Shown here: positions 40,164-47,094 of the stretch, one piece after another
Layout: every line of letters begins with the position of its first letter
Position numbering within the stretch: position 1 is the stretch's first letter
Source: a bacterium
GTDB taxonomy: Bacteria; UBA4055
DNA length: 64,000 nt
Reading direction: 5' to 3'
Assembly (NCBI GenBank): GCA_029559475.1
Contig: JAKQBN010000061.1
Span: 3,488-67,487, forward strand
Position numbers and translations under genes: made by a program
Notes under the pieces: model-generated
Told to the model about the DNA's origin: nothing
Databases searched by the model: none
The model's input: only the letters and a program-made list of their open reading frames with translations

Positions 40164-40601
40164 ATGACTTGTAAAAACAACGAAATAGACACCGAAATGG
40201 TGCAAGACGCAGAACTTGAAGCACAAAAGGAAATAGAGTATGCGATAGCCGATAAAGCTGTAAGCGAACTCTTCAAATCAATAGCTAAGAAACACTACAG
40301 AAAAGCTCTTACAAGAGCAGAAATAATTTTAAGCACCCTAAATGATTCCGTAACTCCCAGAGTTTTCACGGATAAAGAAGAATTTTATGTTAGATACTCA
40401 ACTTATATCAGGGCATATTGCCACCTGATGGTTCACAATTATAAAATGGCCTTAACGGGTTATAATGATTTACTAAGATTTAATGAAAGCACTAATGCTG
40501 TAACACCAGATTTTGTAATCACTGAGCTCAAAGAAGCTCAGAATAAATCAGAAAAGATGGTCCAACCGAGACAGAAGCAACAATTAAAAAACCAGAGGTA
40601 A
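40164..40601 (+). CDS. TPR-like helical protein (paralog of 32009-32545)
   Basis: KHYRKALTRAEIIL; YIRAYCHLMVHNYKMA. Confidence 0.6.
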   Translation: MTCKNNEIDTEMVQDAELEAQKEIEYAIADKAVSELFKSIAKKHYRKALTRAEIILSTLNDSVTPRVFTDKEEFYVRYSTYIRAYCHLMVHNYKMALTGYNDLLRFNESTNAVTPDFVITELKEAQNKSEKMVQPRQKQQLKNQR

Positions 40602-40604
40602 AAA

Positions 40605-40844
40605 ATGAGAAGGCGAAAGAATAATAAACAGCATCTTTATTACAATGGTGTATGTAATTCTCAAAAGAAGAATCCTTATGAATTCGAATACAATTTCACA
40701 TATAATAAAGATAGAACAGCTGTGAAAAGGTACGCATTTAATTCTGGGAACAAGGTGGTTAACGAAACGTTCCAGGAATGTATGGGGTGGTTGAATCTTG
40801 CGAAAGAGGGAATAGATGTTGTGTTTTGCTTGTTAGGAGGATAG
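40605..40844 (+). CDS. Small basic hypothetical protein (paralog of 41374-41571)
   Basis: GAGG RBS; FEYNF...KRYAFNSGNKVVNETFQECMGWLN. Confidence 0.65.
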   Translation: MRRRKNNKQHLYYNGVCNSQKKNPYEFEYNFTYNKDRTAVKRYAFNSGNKVVNETFQECMGWLNLAKEGIDVVFCLLGG

Positions 40845-40916
40845 CTTTGACTTATAACCTGATATCTAATTCTAACTAAACTTAAAAGCCCAAAAATAAA
40901 AATATAAGGAGCAATT

Positions 40917-41381
40917 ATGAAACAGAAAGATCTTTACGGACAACCAATAACATGTGAAAACAATAGTAGTGATACGCTTATAATGCTTGATATGCCTGAT
41001 AAAAAGTCTCGTACTTCTCATAATTTAATCAGTATGCTTGAAAAATCCTGGGTGCGGGCAGCCTTAAGCATGAAGGATTTCGATCTCTTCTTTGCTTCAA
41101 ACTGCAGTCATCAGGAAGACGAAATCAATATTGGGTTGCCCATCGAAAAGTATGCTTACGATCATTATATTGAACTGCTTAAGAAGAACATCGTCAAAAA
41201 AGGGATTAAGTATAAACGGGTCATTGCACTGGGTGATTTCTCAGAGAAAGTCGCATGGGACATATCAGACGAAATTGCAGAAAAGGACTCAAAAATCGTT
41301 TTCCTACAGATACCATTAAATAATGTTTACGATGAGGATCTGGATAGAATCTGGACCGAAGAGGAGGGCAAAAATGATTAG
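40917..41381 (+). CDS. Degenerate UDG-fold protein (paralog of 32542-33051)
   Basis: NSSDTLIMLDMP, KSWVRA...DFDLFFASNC, KYKRVIALGDFSEK, DLDRIW; CxxC and HP motifs lost. Confidence 0.65.
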   Translation: MKQKDLYGQPITCENNSSDTLIMLDMPDKKSRTSHNLISMLEKSWVRAALSMKDFDLFFASNCSHQEDEINIGLPIEKYAYDHYIELLKKNIVKKGIKYKRVIALGDFSEKVAWDISDEIAEKDSKIVFLQIPLNNVYDEDLDRIWTEEEGKND

Positions 41382-41571
41382 AAGAATTAAAAGAATAAGG
41401 AGATCGAAAAGATTCAAGTATAATTTTGAACTAGGAACGAACCCTATGGTAAAAAGAACATACCGTTATTCTTCAGGTAACGATACGGTCGATGATATCT
41501 TCCACGAGAGTGTAGCTTGTTTGAACACTGTCAAAGAAGTCATCGATATTTTTTTTGATTTCATTACGTAA
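41374..41571 (+). CDS. Small basic hypothetical protein (paralog of 40605-40844)
   Basis: GAGGAGG RBS; FKYNF...RTYRYSSGNDTVDDIFHESVACLN. Confidence 0.65.
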   Translation: MIRRIKRIRRSKRFKYNFELGTNPMVKRTYRYSSGNDTVDDIFHESVACLNTVKEVIDIFFDFIT

Positions 41572-41619
41572 TCACAGTAATCTAACTACAAGGCGAACAT
41601 GCCTGTAAATATTAACATT

Positions 41620-41649
41620 GGCCAGCAATATCAAAGCTGGCCTTTTTTT
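41620..41649 (+). terminator. Intrinsic terminator at the island right end
   Basis: GGCCAGC-N9-GCTGGCC-TTTTTTT. Confidence 0.75.
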
Positions 41650-41729
41650 ATCCTTTTCTTTTGATGTAGTCTAAGTTATTATTAAATTCGGCATAAAAAC
41701 ATTACAGATACAATACGGATATATTTGAT

Positions 41730-41879
41730 CTATTTTTTAGGTTCTTCTTCGTGCGGAAGCAGTTTGTCTATAGCCACGATCAGAAAGAAAAAAATGAACA
41801 TGAATAAAAATAATGCCGTCATTCCTTTGAAGGATATGTCAATGGCCTGTGAATAAACCGATACTATTTCATTTGTCAT
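41730..41879 (-). CDS. OadG-like small subunit of Na+-translocating decarboxylase
   Basis: Manual translation MTNEIVSVYSQAIDISFKGMTALFLFMFIFFFLIVAIDKLLPHEEEPKK (49 aa, one TM), AGGAG RBS, directly after the beta subunit. Confidence 0.75.
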   Translation of the reverse strand: MTNEIVSVYSQAIDISFKGMTALFLFMFIFFFLIVAIDKLLPHEEEPKK

Positions 41880-41889
41880 AATTTTCTCC

Positions 41890-43017
41890 TTAGTGTACCA
41901 ACGCTAAGATTAGTCCGCCCGCAAGAACCGATCCGATCTGGCCGGATACATTCGCACTGACTGCATGCATTAAAAGATAATTTGTGGGATCTTCTTTGAG
42001 ACCCATCGTATGAATTACCCTGGACGACATCGGGAAAGCCGAAATTCCTGCCGCGCCTATCATAGGATTGACTTTCTTTTTTAAGAAGAAGTTTAGAAGC
42101 TTGGCAAAAAGTACGCCGCCCGCCGTATCGAACATAAAAGCTATCAGTCCAAGACCGATTATAAAAAGTGTTGAGACCTGAAGAAATCTGTCCGCGGTCA
42201 TCGTTGATGCTATAGTGATACCGAGAAGAAGAGTAACGAGGCTGGCAAGTTCATTCTGGGCAGCGAGTGAAAGTTTGTTGAGCACGCCGCATTCCCTTAC
42301 GAGGTTTCCGAACATCAGAAATCCTATCAGCGCGACTGCAGTGGGAGCAAATAAACCGGTCAGAATTGTAACCAGTATCGGGAACAGAACGAGAGTAGCT
42401 CTCGATATTTTTCTATCGTTCCCTCCTCCGTCCATTCTCATCATCCGTTCTTCTTTTGTGGTGAGCATTTTAATAATAGGCGGCTGAATTATAGGTACTA
42501 ACGCCATATATGAATAAGCCGCTACTGATATCGGGCCAAGAAGATTTGGGGCAAATCTTGTCGCTACATAGATCGAAGTCGGGCCGTCTGCTGAGCCGAT
42601 CACCCCTATTGAAGCAGCTTCCTTTATATCGAATCCGAGAAGTGTTGCAAGGATCATTGTGAAAAATATTCCGAACTGCGCAGCTGCGCCAAATAAAAGA
42701 AGCTTGGGATTTCTGAAAAGAGGGCTGAAATCTATCATAGCGCCTATTGCTACAAATATCAGCAGCGGGAATATCTCCGTTAAAATTCCGACCCTGAAAA
42801 ATATCGAAAGTGCTCCTTCAACGACATGACCGCCTTCGACCTGATCAAGTACTGAAGTATATGGTATATTAGCGAGAATAGCTCCGAAACCTATTGGCAG
42901 AAGCAAAGTGGGCTCGTAATTTTTCTTAACGGCAAGAAAGATAAGTGTTCCGCCGATCATCATCATGACGAGCATCTGCCATGTCATTGATGTAAGCCCT
43001 ACCATTAAACCTTCCAT
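41890..43017 (-). CDS. oadB: Na+-translocating decarboxylase beta subunit
   Basis: EPTLLLPIGFG, GAMIDF, GAAAQFG, IGSADGPTSIY, AYSYMAL, GAAGISAFPM. Confidence 0.93.
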   Translation of the reverse strand: MEGLMVGLTSMTWQMLVMMMIGGTLIFLAVKKNYEPTLLLPIGFGAILANIPYTSVLDQVEGGHVVEGALSIFFRVGILTEIFPLLIFVAIGAMIDFSPLFRNPKLLLFGAAAQFGIFFTMILATLLGFDIKEAASIGVIGSADGPTSIYVATRFAPNLLGPISVAAYSYMALVPIIQPPIIKMLTTKEERMMRMDGGGNDRKISRATLVLFPILVTILTGLFAPTAVALIGFLMFGNLVRECGVLNKLSLAAQNELASLVTLLLGITIASTMTADRFLQVSTLFIIGLGLIAFMFDTAGGVLFAKLLNFFLKKKVNPMIGAAGISAFPMSSRVIHTMGLKEDPTNYLLMHAVSANVSGQIGSVLAGGLILALVH

Positions 43018-43054
43018 GCACACCTCTATATTAAAAACGAACTTAAATTAAAAA

Positions 43055-43138
43055 TGCCCGGGACTGGGCTCGAACCAGCACAGCATTGCTGCCACCAGAC
43101 CCTGAACCTGGCGTGTCTGCCAATTCCACCACCCGGGC
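43055..43138 (-). tRNA. tRNA-Leu(CAG)
   Basis: GCCCGGGTGGTGGAATTGGCAGACAC...CCAGG-TTCAGGG-TCTGG...GGTTCGAGCC...CCCGGGCA; long variable arm; CCA not encoded. Confidence 0.96.
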
Positions 43139-43201
43139 AATTCATACAGGCGGTAAATATATTATATTTTATTGCCGCGGTCAAGTAATTTATACTGAAA
43201 A

Positions 43202-43344
43202 TGATATGGGACAGGGCATAACTTAATTCCGTATCTCATCCTGCAACCATTAATCTCAATCACTTCTTTATTAAGTGTGTCGTACCGGCGAAAGAGAAGA
43301 TGTAACGGATATCGATCCGTCTTGAATTATGACCTGTCCTATCA
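43202..43344 (+). repeat. Structured ~135-nt non-coding unit, copy 1
   Basis: Closing stem GGGACAGGGCATAACTT/GAATTATGACCTGTCC; internal motifs shared with copies 2 and 3. Confidence 0.6.
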
Positions 43345-43359
43345 CCTTAATAGGTAATT

Positions 43360-43490
43360 ATGATCTGATACAATTCGTATGTAGGCCGCTCCGTTTACAC
43401 CTCTTTACCAGCCGGTATCTGACAGTTTTATAGAAGCGATTGAACGGATGGATCAGGAGTGGTCTGAATATGAAGTTGCATCAGATCGAT
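43360..43490 (-). repeat. Structured ~135-nt non-coding unit, copy 2 (inverted)
   Basis: Minus strand GATCTGATGCAACTTCA...CGAATTGTATCAGATC; interior TCCTGATCCATCCGTTCAATCGCTTC...ACCGGCTGGTAAAGAGGTGTAAACGGA. Confidence 0.6.
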
Positions 43491-43508
43491 GGGCAGTTGA
43501 AAGTGCTA

Positions 43509-45764
43509 CTAATCATCATCAGTCGAGGAAATTAGGACATCGCGGGACTTGGAACCCTGATGCGGTCCGACGACACCGTCCCTTTCAAGCTGATCAATAA
43601 GCTTTCCCGCCCTCGCGTAGCCTACGGACAGACCTCTCTGAAGCATCGAAACGGATGCCATCCCGGTTTTTATCACCATACGTTTAGCCTCTGCGTATTT
43701 GGGATCTTCAGATGCGGATCCTCCGAATTCATCCTCATCGCCACCCATCGCAGCTATCATTGCTGATGACGGTTTTGCCTTGATAGAAATTTTATCGAAA
43801 TCGTGCGGCTGTTTGGAAATATGATCTACGACTTTGTTGATCTCTTTGGTCTCTACAAGCGCGTTCTGGATCCTGACAAGATCTGATTCGCCCGGCGGAA
43901 TAAGAAGCATATCGCCTTTGCCGAGAAGAGATTCCGCGCCTTTACCGTCAAGAATAGTGCGCGAATCGACCTGACTGATCACCCTGAAAGCGATACGGGT
44001 CGGGAAATTCGCCTTGATCGATCCTGTAACGACTTTAACAGATGGTCTCTGGGTAGCCAGAACAAGATGGATCCCTATCGCCCTTGCCATCTGAGCGAGA
44101 CGGCAGATCGGATCCTCTACAGCTTTACCGGAGGTCATCATGAGATCGCCGTATTCATCCATAATACAAACAATGTAAGGCAGCTTTTTAAACGGTTCGC
44201 TTGTAAACTCATTCAGCTTCAGCTCGCCGGATTCGATCAGCGTGTTATACTCCTCGATATTCCTCGTACCGGACTGATTCAGAAGATCGTATCGTTTCTC
44301 CATTTCCGTAACGAGAGCTTCAAGCAGCCTCACAGCATCTTCGGGGCTGGTTACAACGGCATCGTCAATGCCGTCTATCTGAAGAAGATGGTGCTTGAGA
44401 AGGCCGGAATATACAGATAGCTCGACTTTTTTCGGATCTATCATGCAGAACTGCACTTCTTCCGGCGTGGCTCTGTAAAGGATCGAAACGATAAGTCCGT
44501 TAATGCAGACCGATTTACCTGATCCTGTCGAACCTGCTATTAAAAGATGAGGAGTTTTCGCGAGATCGAGAATATAGTTTTCGCCGTTGATCATCTTACC
44601 GAGTGCGATCGCGAGTTTCGATTTGTGCTTAGCGAATTTTTCGGATGAGATAATGGATTTTAAATATACGACCGAAGGATTCGAATTCGGTATCTCCACG
44701 CCTATTGTACCTTTACCTGGTATAGGAGCTACGATCCTGATGCTTTTCGCCTTTAAGGCCATAGCAAGGTCATCCTCTAAAGAAGTGACCCTCGATACTT
44801 TAACTCCCTTCGCAAGTTCAATTTCATACTGAGTGATCACCGGCCCGGGATTGATCTTCACGACCTTGGCCTCGAGAGAAAATTCTCTGAGTTTCTCTTC
44901 TAGCTTTACGCCCGTGTCTCTGAGTATCTGAGTATCTTCTATAATATTTGCATTGCTTTTAGATTCGTTCAGAAGTTCGATATCCGGCGGAACATATTTA
45001 TATTTCTTGTCTATCTTAGCCTTATATTCTACCGATCTTTCTATGACAGCTTCTTCGATCTTAAAATTATTTCCGTGATCTTTCTTTTCTGCTGATGCTG
45101 GGATAACCTGCGCAGGGATTATTTCAGTTTCTTCACTCTTTTCTTCCGCGGCTTTACTTGCCTCTTCTTCCTTTAACCTCATTTCTTTTTCTAGCTTTCT
45201 TTTAGCAAAGTACTTTCTGACAGAATTATAGATCCAATACAGAAACCTGAATGTTTTATCGAAAGGATAAATTATGAATCTTACTAGCTGAGTCAGCCTG
45301 AAGTTAGATATGAAGAGTACGATTATGAAAAAAAGTGCTAAAAGTGCGATGATGCTCCCGGAGTAACCGAGATATTCGATCATTTTTCTGCTGAATATAA
45401 ACCCTAGCAGCCCTAATATATCTCCGTACTCATACTGACTTGCGCTGAAAAATTCGCTGTCGGTGCCGTAATTCCAGACCCCGATGGCAGCCGATGCGGT
45501 CGAAGCAAGAACTATAAACGCAATAAAATTCTTTGCGTGCCTGAACGGTGATTCCATTTTTATGAAATGATAGCCTTCGACAAATAAAAATACCGGAATC
45601 AGGAAGCTGACTTTATCTCCGAATGTAAGAGAATATAAGAACTGCACCATGCCGCTGAATTTGCCGAGAGAATCCTTCGATATCAGACCGAAGAGTATTA
45701 AAAGACCGATCGCAATGAATATCACGCCGAATATATCATGAAGCTTTTCCCGAGTTAGTTTCAT
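43509..45764 (-). CDS. ftsK: DNA translocase FtsK
   Basis: N-terminal TM segments, GPVITQYE, PHLLIAGSTGSGKS, IDPKKVEL, RLAQMARAIGIH, gamma domain GYARAGKLID. Confidence 0.97.
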   Translation of the reverse strand: MKLTREKLHDIFGVIFIAIGLLILFGLISKDSLGKFSGMVQFLYSLTFGDKVSFLIPVFLFVEGYHFIKMESPFRHAKNFIAFIVLASTASAAIGVWNYGTDSEFFSASQYEYGDILGLLGFIFSRKMIEYLGYSGSIIALLALFFIIVLFISNFRLTQLVRFIIYPFDKTFRFLYWIYNSVRKYFAKRKLEKEMRLKEEEASKAAEEKSEETEIIPAQVIPASAEKKDHGNNFKIEEAVIERSVEYKAKIDKKYKYVPPDIELLNESKSNANIIEDTQILRDTGVKLEEKLREFSLEAKVVKINPGPVITQYEIELAKGVKVSRVTSLEDDLAMALKAKSIRIVAPIPGKGTIGVEIPNSNPSVVYLKSIISSEKFAKHKSKLAIALGKMINGENYILDLAKTPHLLIAGSTGSGKSVCINGLIVSILYRATPEEVQFCMIDPKKVELSVYSGLLKHHLLQIDGIDDAVVTSPEDAVRLLEALVTEMEKRYDLLNQSGTRNIEEYNTLIESGELKLNEFTSEPFKKLPYIVCIMDEYGDLMMTSGKAVEDPICRLAQMARAIGIHLVLATQRPSVKVVTGSIKANFPTRIAFRVISQVDSRTILDGKGAESLLGKGDMLLIPPGESDLVRIQNALVETKEINKVVDHISKQPHDFDKISIKAKPSSAMIAAMGGDEDEFGGSASEDPKYAEAKRMVIKTGMASVSMLQRGLSVGYARAGKLIDQLERDGVVGPHQGSKSRDVLISSTDDD

Positions 45765-45782
45765 TTTGCCTCTAAATCTGAA

Positions 45783-46562
45783 TTAATAAAATACTGCCGA
45801 CAGATAGCCTACAACTCCGGATCTGTCGCCTGATATATCGCCTGAATTCCTGTAGTCGAGCACTTCAGATTTTAGTCCCAGGCTGACCGCGCATTTGATT
45901 AGCGCTTCTATTCCTGTCATTCCGCAAGCCTCTCCGTTTTCGATCATCGAAAGATCAAGGCCGTTTATGCCGATGACAATATTGCTGTCGATCTTCCTGC
46001 ATTTTTCGTACGGATGGTAATGGCTGAGATCGGAGGATATTATAACAAGATCTTTGCCTTCTTCTATCACTGTATTAAGCACTTCGGAAAGTTTGTCGCT
46101 GCTGTAATCTCCGTAAACGAAAACGGAAATGCTTTCAGCATCAATGTATTTTTTTATGAACGGCAGCTGTATTTCCGCGCTGTGTTCGTAAAGATGCACT
46201 TGATCAATAGATGTCAGCATATGTTTTTTTACGAGCGAATCTGTCAGTTCCCGGTTTACTTTAAAATTCTTGCCTACGAACTGGTATTCGTCGAAGCCGG
46301 CACCGCTCATTCCGGAAAACGCCACTCTGTGAGAAGGGGCGAAGATCACCGCCGATCTGTATTTATACCCTTCCGCAGCTTTGTATGCGTATGTCGCCGT
46401 CAACCCGGAATAATACAGTCCCGCGTGAGGTGCTATCAGCGCTTTAGGCTTACCGTTTTTTTTCTGCTTTACCTGCGATCCGAAAGCGGACATCATTTCG
46501 TCGAGTTCGGCTTCATCTGACGGATAGAACGCGCCTTCTACTGCCGGATACCGTATTTTCAT
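45783..46562 (-). CDS. amrB: AmmeMemoRadiSam system protein B (MEMO1 family)
   Basis: IRYPAVEGAFYP, APHAGLYYSG, APSH, EHSAEIQLPF, ISSDLSHY, ACG, NSGD...VVGY. Confidence 0.92.
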   Translation of the reverse strand: MKIRYPAVEGAFYPSDEAELDEMMSAFGSQVKQKKNGKPKALIAPHAGLYYSGLTATYAYKAAEGYKYRSAVIFAPSHRVAFSGMSGAGFDEYQFVGKNFKVNRELTDSLVKKHMLTSIDQVHLYEHSAEIQLPFIKKYIDAESISVFVYGDYSSDKLSEVLNTVIEEGKDLVIISSDLSHYHPYEKCRKIDSNIVIGINGLDLSMIENGEACGMTGIEALIKCAVSLGLKSEVLDYRNSGDISGDRSGVVGYLSAVFY

Positions 46563-46656
46563 GATGTCCTCCCGATAATTGTTACTGCTTTGTTTAAGCC
46601 GAAAGAAATATATTAAAGTTTATAATGTTTTACAATCTATAATTTGAAATAATTAA

Positions 46657-46790
46657 TATGCTCGACATAACTTCATCTCAAAACGGACCCTGCCTCATCA
46701 GTCTGATCGCTTGTATATGGCTGATTTCGAACCTGCAGGTAAAGATGTGTAACGGGATCCGTTTTTATATGAATTATGTTTCGCTGCATA
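46657..46790 (+). repeat. Structured ~135-nt non-coding unit, copy 3
   Basis: TATGCTCGACATAACTTCATCTCAAAACGGACCC pairs with GGGATCCGTTTTTATATGAATTATGTTTCGCTGCATA; interior CCTGCCTCATCAGTCTGATCGCTT...ACCTGCAGGTAAAGATGTGTAACGG. Confidence 0.6.
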
Positions 46791-47094
46791 AACCATGGAG
46801 GTTATAAGTCGAGTCATATATTTTGAGAAGCAGGAACGCACCCAAGCGTTGTCTTTTGAACGAGCCATATTTCCGGAGAAAAAATATCAAAGATCGTGCC
46901 GATACGTGATTTTTTCAAATTATTTCATAATTAATGCAGACATTTTTTTGGAGGATATCATGGCGAGTGATATAAATTTCCGATATATGACAAATGTTGT
47001 TTTTATTTACCGAAATATTTATTAGATTTTTACGGAAAACTCTATTATATTGTAAAGTTTTCAAAATTGAAATAATAAATTAAAGGATAAAAAG

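Noticed and set aside
29934..41650. Prophage or integrative element
   Set aside because: No integrase, structural, replication or conjugation genes and no att repeats were seen; tRNA-Leu is separated from the island by oadB and oadG.
43256..43443. 6S RNA (long hairpin of about 185 nt)
   Set aside because: The rod is explained by two inverted copies of a shorter unit, and no 6S-like central bubble was recognised. Only an Rfam search would fully exclude it.
43202..43490. Integron attC sites (CATAAC..., extrahelical base)
   Set aside because: The right ends read GAATTATG/GAATTGTA rather than GTTRRRY, the interiors are conserved, and there is no cassette array or integrase.
46657..46790. Hammerhead ribozyme on the minus strand (CTGATGAG and CGAAA both present)
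   Set aside because: Stem II pairs poorly, only 3 nt are available for stem I, and the core motifs are absent from the other two copies.
46795..47025. 76-aa ORF from the track
   Set aside because: No RBS or recognisable motif; it overlaps structured and promoter DNA.
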